From Candidatus Latescibacterota bacterium (GTDB lineage Bacteria; Latescibacterota; UBA2968; GCA-2709665), in contig OZ244744.1 in NCBI GenBank assembly GCA_965219455.1, positions 672,001 to 736,000 of the forward strand: a stretch of 64,000 bases of DNA, read 5' to 3'. The position numbers and the translations under genes were made by a program. Each line of letters starts with the position of its first letter. Positions within the stretch are counted from its first letter, which is position 1. The notes beneath the pieces are model-generated. The model worked only from the letters and a program-made list of their open reading frames with translations, was not told where the DNA came from and searched no databases. Shown here one piece after another: positions 9,498 through 18,032 of the stretch.

Positions 9498-10859
9498 TCA
9501 GCGTGTTGTCGTCGACCGAGGGCGATTCAACTCTCGCATCGGGTCGGCCGGACGGCGGAGAGTTTCTGTGCAATTCTCACCACGGGTGTCGTCAATGCCC
9601 TGAAGCCAGTTCTGAAAGGCCGCATCAAGCGGCGCACATAGGCCCGTGCGATGAAAATAAAACGTATGCAGTTTGGTCAGTCGCGCGAGCTCCTTCGGAA
9701 TCGCCCCCGTCAACTGGTTCGAGGAAAGGTTCAACACCGTGAGATTGGTCAGTTGTCCCTGTTCCTTCGGAATCGCCCCCGTTAGCTGGTTCGAGGAAAG
9801 GTTCAAATGGATGAGCCTGGTCAGTCGCGCCAGTTCCTTCGGGATCGTCCCCGCCAACTGGTTCGAGGAAAGGTACAACACTGCGAGCTTGGACAGCTGT
9901 CCCAGTTCCTTCGGAATCGCCCCCGTCAACTGGTTCGAGGAAAAGTTCAACCTCGTGAGATTGGTCAGCTGTCCCAGTTCCTGCGGAATCGCCCCCGTCA
10001 GCTGGTTCGAGGAAAGGTTCAAACTGAAGAGCCTGGTCAGTTGCGCCAGCTCCTTCGGAATCGTCCCCGTCAACTGGTTCGAGGAAAGGACCAACCACGT
10101 GAGATTGGTCAGCTGTCCCAGTTGCACCGGAATCGCCCCCGTCAACTGGTTCGAGAAGAGGTACAACACTGTGAGATTGGTCAGCTGTTCCAGTTGCACC
10201 GGAATCGCCCCCGTCAACGCGTTGTCGCTAAGGTCCAACCTTGTTAGATTGGACAGCCGCGCCAGTTCCGTTGGAATCGCCCCCACTAACTGGTTGCTGC
10301 CAAGATCCAACCACGTCAGATTGGTCAGCCGCGCCAGCTGCACCGGAATCGCCCCCGTCAACTGGTTGTTGCCAAGGTACAATTTGGTTACGCGCCCTTT
10401 GTAGTCAGTGGTGACGCCATACCATTCGTCCAGTGGCGCGGCGCTCAACCAGTTCTCTTTGTACGTCCAGTTCGTTCCATCCGTCGCCTTGTAAAGTGCA
10501 ACCAGCACGGACCTGTCGTCGGAAGGCGCCTCCTTACCGAAGTTCTCCGCAAGGATGAGCAAGTCCGAAAACCCGATCTCGCCGTCGCCGCTCAGATCAT
10601 ACGTAGCGTCGTATTTCTCGTCACCCTGGCGCGAACCGAACACACCAGCAAAGATCACGATATCGCCAAGACCGATCGTGCCGTCACCGTCAAAGTCCGG
10701 AATAGACGCAGTATCGGCGCCGTTGTCGCTGATGGAGTTCGTTGTGATCGCCTGGGTAGTCGTTCGCCCGTCCTCAGCATTGGAACCCGACGCGGCGGGG
10801 CACACGAATGCCAGCAGCGCAAGGGCGGCAAAACACATTGCGCCTTTTGAGGAAGCCAT
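9498..10859 (-). CDS. Secreted dockerin-like (double EF-hand) + plant-type LRR protein; C-terminal CARDB-like domain lost by frameshift
   Basis: Signal peptide, DFDGDGTIG...YDLSGDGEIGFSD, LRR N-cap (ALYKATDGTNW...WYGV), about 10 24-aa LxxLxLxxNQLTGxIP repeats; AGGAGG RBS. Confidence 0.85.
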   Translation of the reverse strand: MASSKGAMCFAALALLAFVCPAASGSNAEDGRTTTQAITTNSISDNGADTASIPDFDGDGTIGLGDIVIFAGVFGSRQGDEKYDATYDLSGDGEIGFSDLLILAENFGKEAPSDDRSVLVALYKATDGTNWTYKENWLSAAPLDEWYGVTTDYKGRVTKLYLGNNQLTGAIPVQLARLTNLTWLDLGSNQLVGAIPTELARLSNLTRLDLSDNALTGAIPVQLEQLTNLTVLYLFSNQLTGAIPVQLGQLTNLTWLVLSSNQLTGTIPKELAQLTRLFSLNLSSNQLTGAIPQELGQLTNLTRLNFSSNQLTGAIPKELGQLSKLAVLYLSSNQLAGTIPKELARLTRLIHLNLSSNQLTGAIPKEQGQLTNLTVLNLSSNQLTGAIPKELARLTKLHTFYFHRTGLCAPLDAAFQNWLQGIDDTRGENCTETLRRPADPMRELNRPRSTTTR

Positions 10860-11266
10860 CATCCGCGCCCTCCTTCTTTGTCTCTGCGGTTCACTTCGGG
10901 CCGAATCAATGTCACTGACCAGGGAATTCATACGGCTGCCGCCAGTTTCGCGACAACCGGCGCCAGTCATTTAAAGGAGGCGGATAGAACTGTCGCGGTT
11001 TGCGACAGTTCGGCGCCTCAGAGGGTCGGATGGATATGTCACAAATTGCAAAACTGCTGTGGCATTTTGCGACGCTGTCACGCACGCGGCGACACCAATG
11101 CCGACGGGGGCCGCCGTCATTATCCGACAGATGGCGGCCTTAAATGGATCGGGCCGCGGGGCCGGGCGACGCCATCGTACCGGAGCGAGCAGTTTGCGCC
11201 GGTTCCGGCAAACCCGCGACCACAAGTGTCAGGTCCACCGTACAATGGTGACTATCGGTTTTGCAC

Positions 11267-11302
11267 CTGTTTCAACAGCAACATCCGCCTGGACGTCGAG
11301 AA
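11267..11302 (-). pseudogene. Remnant 3' end of the cohesin/T9SS-tail gene
   Basis: tttcaacagcaacatccgcctggacgtcgagaa matches the last codons (FSxSRRMLLLK) of 31516-32325. Confidence 0.7.
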
Positions 11303-11328
11303 GGGCAGATTTGCGGAATTATTCGCGC

Positions 11329-13464
11329 CTATTTTCCAAAGCGTTCCGCAAAGATCAAGAGATCGCTGAAACCGACCGCGCCATCTCCATCCAGGTCGAA
11401 CCGCGCGTCATACCCCGCGTCGCCCTGGCTTGTCCCAAACTGCGCCGCGAATTGCAGAAAATCCTGAAAACCTACCGTTCCGTCTCTGTCGAAGTCGGCA
11501 GCGGCGAACTGAGGCGTGATGTAAGGAGCAATATCCCACAGCGCAATCGTGCCATCTTGTGCTCCGGAGGCAAGGGTCCTACGATCGGACGAAAACGAGA
11601 CCGAATTGACCACGGCCGAATGAGGAAAGATGGCGAGATTTCGTCTTGTCGCCGCGTCCCACAGCTTGACCGTTTTATCGTAAGCTGCGGAAGCCATTAT
11701 ACGCCCACCTGGCGAGTAAACGACCGAATTGACGCCACCGTATTCCTCGATAACGTCAATACGTTCACTCGTGGCCACGTCCCAAAGTTCAACCGCGCGA
11801 ATCGTCCCGACCGCAAGGATTTCCCCATCGGGTGAGAACACCACGGACCAGACACCAAAGTCCTCGACCTCAAAGATGGCGATATTCCTTCTTGTCGCCA
11901 CGTCCCAAAGTCTGACCGTATTGTCGTGAGATCCGGAAGCAAGCAATGTTCCGTCAGGTGAGAATGACACCGGATCTGGCGGAATGGTGTGCCCCTTCAG
12001 GGTAGCGATACGTTTCTTGGTGGCCACATCCCACAGTTCAACACAATCTTGTATGCCGACAGCAAGGGTCGCCCCGTCGGGTGAAAACGCCATGGTGGAA
12101 GCACGCTCAAACGTGGCGACATTTCGTCCGGTCGCTACGTCCCTAAGCTTACCGCTGCCCCCAAAATTGATAGCCAGGATGGTGCCATCAGGTGAAAACG
12201 ACACCAATCCGACCCAGGAACGTTCTTCAAAGGTAGCGATTTGCGCCAGGGTCGAAGCGTCCCACAACTTAACCGTATCATCTTGAGATCCGGAAGCAAG
12301 CATTGTCCCGTCAGGTGAAAACGATACAGAACTCACCCATTCCGTATGCCCTTTCCATGTAGCGATGTTGGACGCGGAGATCTCGGCCAGGGTGTATTCC
12401 TCAAATTGCTCGTTGCCATGTAAATCAAGAGCCTCAACGAAGAATGTATGTGCAGGAAAGTCAGAAAGGCCCGCCGCGTCATTTGAAGGAATCGCGCCGT
12501 TGTACTCGAATTCGACGACCGCATCTTTTCTACCTCTGACGCTACGACACGCCACCACTTCAAGGTTTGCGAAGCCTCTAACAAACAGGGCGACCTGATG
12601 AACCCCGTCTGAATCGCTGACCTGGAGCCTGACCGGGACGCTTGTTGCGCCGGGCTGATATCTTTGGGGCGAAGTGAATGACAGGTTTGGCGGCTGGCCT
12701 TCTTCGGTTGGGACCGCGGGATTGAAGTACGCATGCACCGCCAGGAATTCGGCAGCGCACGCCGACAAGACCCGGATTTGACCGCCATAGGACATGATGT
12801 ACCGGTCGTCTCTGAAATCGTGGGACAGACCGAAGGTGTGTCCCAGTTCATGACTCACTATGTACAAACCGAATCTATCCGGAACCACTAGATTACCGCC
12901 GTTCTTCGTCCGCCGCCCCCCGACGCCTCCCGCAGGCTGACCGTTACCCTGGCGAAGCGCATCGGTACCGAGGACAATAAAATAGATGTTCGCATCCAGA
13001 TCAAACGTCTCTTCAAGCTCGGCAACGACAGCAGTACCCAGTGTATTATCATAGTGGCTGAATGGATGCTTACCATCCACGCGATGCACCATCGGCTCGC
13101 CCTGCGCATCGGTCTCAATGCGGAAGGTCCAGTTGCCGTAACCGTGCGCCTGCATCTGCTCGGCATAGAAGTTTTGCGCCTGCCGGATCACCGTCTTCAT
13201 CGAATCCACCACCTCGGCCCGATAAGGCCAGTCGTTGGGCAGAAAGTAGATCATCCGCACGGTGCGCGGTTCACCGAGGTTCAGATTTGCCGGACGCTTG
13301 GCCGCGGGTCCGGGATGGTCCCTCCGCCACTGCTCATACTCGTCGGAGGCGCAAAAATGGATGCTGTCGGGAGGTGAAGACGCCCCCACGCCCCGGTGTG
13401 GACCGAGCATCTGAGCGAGCAACACCAGGGCGGCCAGGGACACCGTTCGTTTTGTGGAAACCAT
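11329..13464 (-). CDS. Secreted metzincin zinc metalloprotease + WD40 propeller + C-terminal dockerin-like module
   Basis: HELGHTFGLSH and Met-turn YIMSY; about 7 WD40 repeats (FSPDGT.LASGS.D.TV.LWD); DFDRDGTVGFQDF...FDLDGDGAVGFSD. Confidence 0.88.
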   Translation of the reverse strand: MVSTKRTVSLAALVLLAQMLGPHRGVGASSPPDSIHFCASDEYEQWRRDHPGPAAKRPANLNLGEPRTVRMIYFLPNDWPYRAEVVDSMKTVIRQAQNFYAEQMQAHGYGNWTFRIETDAQGEPMVHRVDGKHPFSHYDNTLGTAVVAELEETFDLDANIYFIVLGTDALRQGNGQPAGGVGGRRTKNGGNLVVPDRFGLYIVSHELGHTFGLSHDFRDDRYIMSYGGQIRVLSACAAEFLAVHAYFNPAVPTEEGQPPNLSFTSPQRYQPGATSVPVRLQVSDSDGVHQVALFVRGFANLEVVACRSVRGRKDAVVEFEYNGAIPSNDAAGLSDFPAHTFFVEALDLHGNEQFEEYTLAEISASNIATWKGHTEWVSSVSFSPDGTMLASGSQDDTVKLWDASTLAQIATFEERSWVGLVSFSPDGTILAINFGGSGKLRDVATGRNVATFERASTMAFSPDGATLAVGIQDCVELWDVATKKRIATLKGHTIPPDPVSFSPDGTLLASGSHDNTVRLWDVATRRNIAIFEVEDFGVWSVVFSPDGEILAVGTIRAVELWDVATSERIDVIEEYGGVNSVVYSPGGRIMASAAYDKTVKLWDAATRRNLAIFPHSAVVNSVSFSSDRRTLASGAQDGTIALWDIAPYITPQFAAADFDRDGTVGFQDFLQFAAQFGTSQGDAGYDARFDLDGDGAVGFSDLLIFAERFGK

Positions 13465-13808
13465 CTGTCGAATCCCTTCCTTAAATGTTACGCGCAACCC
13501 CGCTCACGTCTGCCTGATTCTTTGATCTGAACCAATAGCTTTTTGGCGGTGGATCCCCGAAATGCGACCGGATGGGTGCAGAACTGCAGGCAGATTGTGT
13601 CGTTATTTGCTACAGTTGTCTGCCCCGTCCTGATTTATCGTCGGAGTATGCGCGCTTTTAACGTTCTCGAAACGCATGATCATGTCTACGAAATGAGACG
13701 GAGTCGATTCCATTTGACCGATGGACTCAGGAAGTCAACGTACACGCAGGTTGGGGTCGAAACACCTGGCTGGGTCGTTCGGATAGAAACCTCGAGTGCG
13801 GTTGGTTG

Positions 13809-13898
13809 CAGGTCGAAGGTGGCGCCGCCGCCGAACGCATCGGCAAAGAGGAAAAAGTCAATGAAATCGGTCCGGCCGTCGCGTTTGAAATCCGTTGA
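13809..13898 (-). pseudogene. Orphan dockerin-like fragment
   Basis: TDFKRDGRTDFIDFFLFADAFGGGATFDL resembles the C-terminus of 18033-20216 (TDFNGDGRTNYADFFLFVDAYGG). Confidence 0.65.
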
Positions 13899-14195
13899 GT
13901 TCCGCGCCGGACACGCCACTGCTGAATATTTCTAACGGAAGGTCTGCAGATTTCACGAGGGCGTAACCGGCATGGTCTGCGGGTTGCCACGGCAACGTGC
14001 CGATGTCTACGGTCCCCACAGGCCTTTCTTACAAACTTCTGCAAATCTCCATATTCCCGATAGCTTGAATTCAATCTCATAGTCACTCTTGTTTACAAAG
14101 AAATCGCATAGATCTCTCCTTTTGAAGTGTGTTACCTTGCATCCAGGACGCCTTGAAATTTTCTGGCCTGGACCAAGACGCGAAGGTTTCAAGGG

Positions 14196-17100
14196 TCAAT
14201 TCGCAACATGAATCGTCCAACTATTGCTGCCACTGTTCTTTGAAGCCCTGAAATTCCAACGTACGCCATTTATAAGTCCTCTTTGGTTGTGGCTGTTCCC
14301 CGCTGTCATGACCAATCCCCCGCTAACGATAATTCCAAGGCCGGAGGAATTGACATAGAAGGTACCGTTTTTGTAATTGCAGCTCTCGTCGGGGTTTACC
14401 ACCAACCCAGCAGTGCATGCTCTCCCATCGTCTCCGCCACCGCTGACGGTGACGCTTGCGCCGGATGAGCAGTTGTTGCCGGTATTGCTCTCGCCGCTGA
14501 CGTTATCAACGCACGCGCCGTAGTAGTAGGTTCCGGCATCCGACGGCGCATTCAGGCTGATCGACTCGGCACTCGTGCCCCCCGCCGACAGGCTGCTCAC
14601 CGCGTCCGTGCCCACTTCCGTGTCATCGGTCGAGATCGTCGCGTCAGCCGAACGGTAGTAGCGCAGCGTCGTGGACCCAGACGAAGCATTGCTCTGATTG
14701 CGAACCGTGGCGCGCAACGTAAACGACTGCCCGGTCGTGAGCGTGTTGTCGTTGACCGAGGGCGATTCAACGATCAAGTCGGGGCCGCCGGACGGCGGCG
14801 ACGTTCCTGAGCAATTCGGACCCGTGGCGTTTTTAATGCCCTGAAGCCAGGTCTGGAACGCCGCATTAAGCGGTGCACATAGCCCCCCGTTTCCTCGAAA
14901 GTGAAATGTCTCCAGCTTGGTCAGTCCGGTCATGTTCTGAGGAATCGCACCACTCAACTGATTCTCCTGAAGATCCAGAAGCGTGAGATTGGACAGGTTG
15001 CCCAATTGCACAGGTATCGTACCACTCAACTGATTCTGGTGAAGATTCAGATGCTTGAGATTGGACAGGTTGCCCAATTCCACAGGTATCGTACCACTCA
15101 ACTGGTTCTCCTGAAGATCCAGAAGCGTGAGATTGGACAGGTTGCCCAATTGCACAGGTATCGTACCACTCAACTGATTCTGGTGAAGATTCAGATGCTT
15201 GAGATTGGACAGGTTGCCCAATTCCACAGGTATCGTACCACTCAACTGGTTCTCCTGAAGATCCAGAAGCGTGAGATTGGACAGGTTGCCCAATTGCACA
15301 GGTATCGTACCACTCAACTGATTCTGGTGAAGATTCAGATACGTGAGATTGGACAGGTTGCCCAATTCCACAGGTATCGTACCACTCAACTGGTTCTCCT
15401 GAAGATCCAGATGCGTGAGATTGGACAGGTTGCCCAATTCCACGGGAATCGCACCACTCAACTCATTCCCGCGAAGAGACAGCCACTCAAGGTCTTCCAT
15501 GTTGCCCAATTCCACAGGAATCGCACCACTCAACTCATTCTCATGAAGATACAGAAGCGTGAGATTGGACAGGCTGCCCATTTCCACGGGAATCGCACCA
15601 CTCAACTGATTCCCGCCAAGAGACAGCACCTCAAGGTTTTCCAGGTTGCCCAATTCCACAGGAATCGCACCACTCAACTCATTCTCATGAAGAGACAGCA
15701 ACTCAAGGTTTTCCAGGTTGCCCAATTCCACAGGAATCGCACCACTCAACTCATTCCCGTAAAGATACAGATGCGTGAGATTGGATAGGTTGCCCAGTTC
15801 CACAGGAATCGCACCACTCAACTGATTCCCGCTAAGAGACAGCAACTCAAGGTTTTCCAGGTTGCCCAATTCCACAGGAATCGCACCACTCAACTCATTC
15901 TCATGAAGATACAGCAACTCAAGGTTTTCCAGGTTGCCCAATTCCACAGGAATCGCACCACTCAACTCATTCTCGTAAAGATACAGATGCGTGAGATTGG
16001 ACAGGTTGCCCAGTTCCACAGGAATCGCACCACTCAACTGATTCCCGCTAAGAGACAGCACCTCAAGGTTTTCCAGGTTGGCGAGGACAGATATATCCGA
16101 GATGCTATTGCCCCAAAGACTCACCCTTGTCAAGTTGGTCAAGTTGGTCAGCGCAGATATATCCGAGATGGTCTCGTTTCCGCCAAGATGCAGCTCCGTC
16201 AGGTTGGTCAATTTGGACAGCGCAGATATATCCGAGATGCGGTTAGTGGTAAGTGATAGGTATGTCAGGTTGGTCAAATTAGAGAGGGGCGAGAGGTTTG
16301 ATAAAACGTTGCTGTTGACCAACACACCATTCACGCGCACACGACCAAGACCCAGCCTTTGCAAATTAGTTGCGTGCTCAAGTCCTGCCAGACTGCGAAT
16401 GCCCTTATTGGGCGCGTCAATGCGTGTCAAAGTCGCCATCTCAGCCCGCGTAATCGGCGCACCGCTCGCCTTGGCCAGGGCGTCTGCGATCACCGCACGC
16501 AAATTGGCATCCGCGATGTTTACCGTCGCACCGGCGCCAGAGGGCGAAACCTGACTGCCAAAAGCGCCGGCAAAGATCAGAAAATCCGAGAAGCCCACGT
16601 CCCCATCGCCATTCAGATCGAACCGCGCGTCATATCCGGCATCACCCTGCTGTGTCCCGAAACCGCTTGCGAATGCCAGAAAGTCTGAAAAACCGACGGT
16701 CCCGTCGCCGTCGAAGTCGGGAGATGGCGTGGCATTGAAACTGATTTCACTTGTCGTGGTAAGTTCGTCTTGCGATGCGCTGCTTTCCGCAAGCGTGACC
16801 GACTCGATGCCGATGGCAAACTCCCGTCCCGTTACGTCGACAGCCGTTTCAAATTCGGCGCGCGCCAGGAACCCGGACACCACCAGAGTCGCGGGCGCTG
16901 TCGCCGCGAGGTTTGTGCCCACGGACGCGTCTGGAATCGCTAGCGGAAACGCGCTGTTTTCGGCTTTGACATAAGACAGGAGTGAAGCATCAAATTCAAA
17001 CTTCAGGATCACGCCCCTCAGAGACGTCGTGACGCCCGTTGCAAAAACCTCAATGGCAATGGTCGTACCCTGGCCGGACGCCGTGCCATTGGTAACGCCG

Positions 17101-17429
17101 TCGTCTCTCTGATTGCCTCTCCCGCCATTGGAGATCAGGTCTAGAGACAAAACCGCGTTGGCATTGGCGCCGGCGGCTATTTTTGCACTCGGTTCACCCA
17201 TGTCCCAAAACGCCGGATCCTCTGGCTCGCCTTCAAGTTGAAAGACTTCGCTCTTCTCGAGTGATTCGGCAGATATGGGAGGTTTAGACGCTCTATCCTT
17301 TGTCTGATTGTCCGCGCCACCCGTAGCATTGGGGGTGGCAAACACGTGTTTGCCCACAAAGATGAACAGGGCAAATCCGGCAATAACCAACACACCGCTT
17401 AGCAGCTTTGAAAACATCAGTTTACGCAT
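14196..17429 (-). CDS. Secreted cohesin-like + dockerin-like + internalin-type LRR + plant-type LRR + CARDB-like + Cys-containing C-terminal domain protein
   Basis: Signal peptide; IEVFATGV..SLRGVILKFEFDASLL cohesin-like segment; double DFDGDG; IADANLRAVI cap with 22-aa ISDISAL repeats; 16 24-aa LSG.IPV.LGN repeats; PDLIVESPSV...YYYGACV. Confidence 0.85.
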   Translation of the reverse strand: MRKLMFSKLLSGVLVIAGFALFIFVGKHVFATPNATGGADNQTKDRASKPPISAESLEKSEVFQLEGEPEDPAFWDMGEPSAKIAAGANANAVLSLDLISNGGRGNQRDDGVTNGTASGQGTTIAIEVFATGVTTSLRGVILKFEFDASLLSYVKAENSAFPLAIPDASVGTNLAATAPATLVVSGFLARAEFETAVDVTGREFAIGIESVTLAESSASQDELTTTSEISFNATPSPDFDGDGTVGFSDFLAFASGFGTQQGDAGYDARFDLNGDGDVGFSDFLIFAGAFGSQVSPSGAGATVNIADANLRAVIADALAKASGAPITRAEMATLTRIDAPNKGIRSLAGLEHATNLQRLGLGRVRVNGVLVNSNVLSNLSPLSNLTNLTYLSLTTNRISDISALSKLTNLTELHLGGNETISDISALTNLTNLTRVSLWGNSISDISVLANLENLEVLSLSGNQLSGAIPVELGNLSNLTHLYLYENELSGAIPVELGNLENLELLYLHENELSGAIPVELGNLENLELLSLSGNQLSGAIPVELGNLSNLTHLYLYGNELSGAIPVELGNLENLELLSLHENELSGAIPVELGNLENLEVLSLGGNQLSGAIPVEMGSLSNLTLLYLHENELSGAIPVELGNMEDLEWLSLRGNELSGAIPVELGNLSNLTHLDLQENQLSGTIPVELGNLSNLTYLNLHQNQLSGTIPVQLGNLSNLTLLDLQENQLSGTIPVELGNLSNLKHLNLHQNQLSGTIPVQLGNLSNLTLLDLQENQLSGTIPVELGNLSNLKHLNLHQNQLSGTIPVQLGNLSNLTLLDLQENQLSGAIPQNMTGLTKLETFHFRGNGGLCAPLNAAFQTWLQGIKNATGPNCSGTSPPSGGPDLIVESPSVNDNTLTTGQSFTLRATVRNQSNASSGSTTLRYYRSADATISTDDTEVGTDAVSSLSAGGTSAESISLNAPSDAGTYYYGACVDNVSGESNTGNNCSSGASVTVSGGGDDGRACTAGLVVNPDESCNYKNGTFYVNSSGLGIIVSGGLVMTAGNSHNQRGLINGVRWNFRASKNSGSNSWTIHVAN
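14928..16080 (-). repeat. Coding tandem repeat, 72-bp unit x16 (LRR), with 144-bp higher-order periodicity in the last six units
   Basis: Recurring caggttgcccaattccacaggaatcgcaccactcaact; alternating HQNQ/QENQ units. Confidence 0.9.
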
Positions 17430-17519
17430 GTCTTCCTCCTGGAACGGTTTCGCGTTGCTGAGCTGCAACCCGAAAGTAGTGATGAACCGCAGACCCCGTT
17501 GGATTCTAGCTTTGATTTG

Positions 17520-17960
17520 TCAAGAACATGCGGTTGACAACTTGTACAAGTACGCATTTTCTCCGACCACGTCCGATGAATTCGAGATTCGTCGGTTTGC
17601 GAAATCAAATCGCCGTTGTTCTTCCGGCCGAACCCGAGCGAACGTCACAAGCCCCGCTTCGGGTAACTGGTATCCGATTGCCGTGGCGGGGTTGAATGGA
17701 TTGGGCGCGTTCCGGTTCAGCCCGTATTGATCCGGCAGCGGCCGCAGGTTCCCGATTTCAACGCGGGCTAGCAGATCCACGGCGCCGTCCACGTCCACCA
17801 GCACGCTCTCGGAGACCCGAAGATCCGGCGACGACGGCCTGGCGTTCGTCTTGAAGACAAGCTCCGCGAGCGCTCCTTCGCCGGCGGCGAGATCGTCAAC
17901 CCGCTCCAGCTTGAGCAGCGCAAGGGCGGCCAGGGACACCGTTCGTTTCGTGGAAGCCAT
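17520..17960 (-). pseudogene. Deletion chimera: signal peptide of the YWTD gene fused to internal pieces of the cohesin/T9SS-tail gene
   Basis: MASTKRTVSLAALALL (identical to the start of 32401-33597) + KLERVDD + ELVFKT...LPDQYGLNRNAPNPFNP...LPEAGLV (matching 31516-32325), then divergent. Confidence 0.85.
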
Positions 17961-18032
17961 TTGTCAAACTCCTCTCCTGTTGGCGCCGGATGCGCGAATC
18001 CGATCCTAATTGTGCGCCCGGTTTTCACCATC

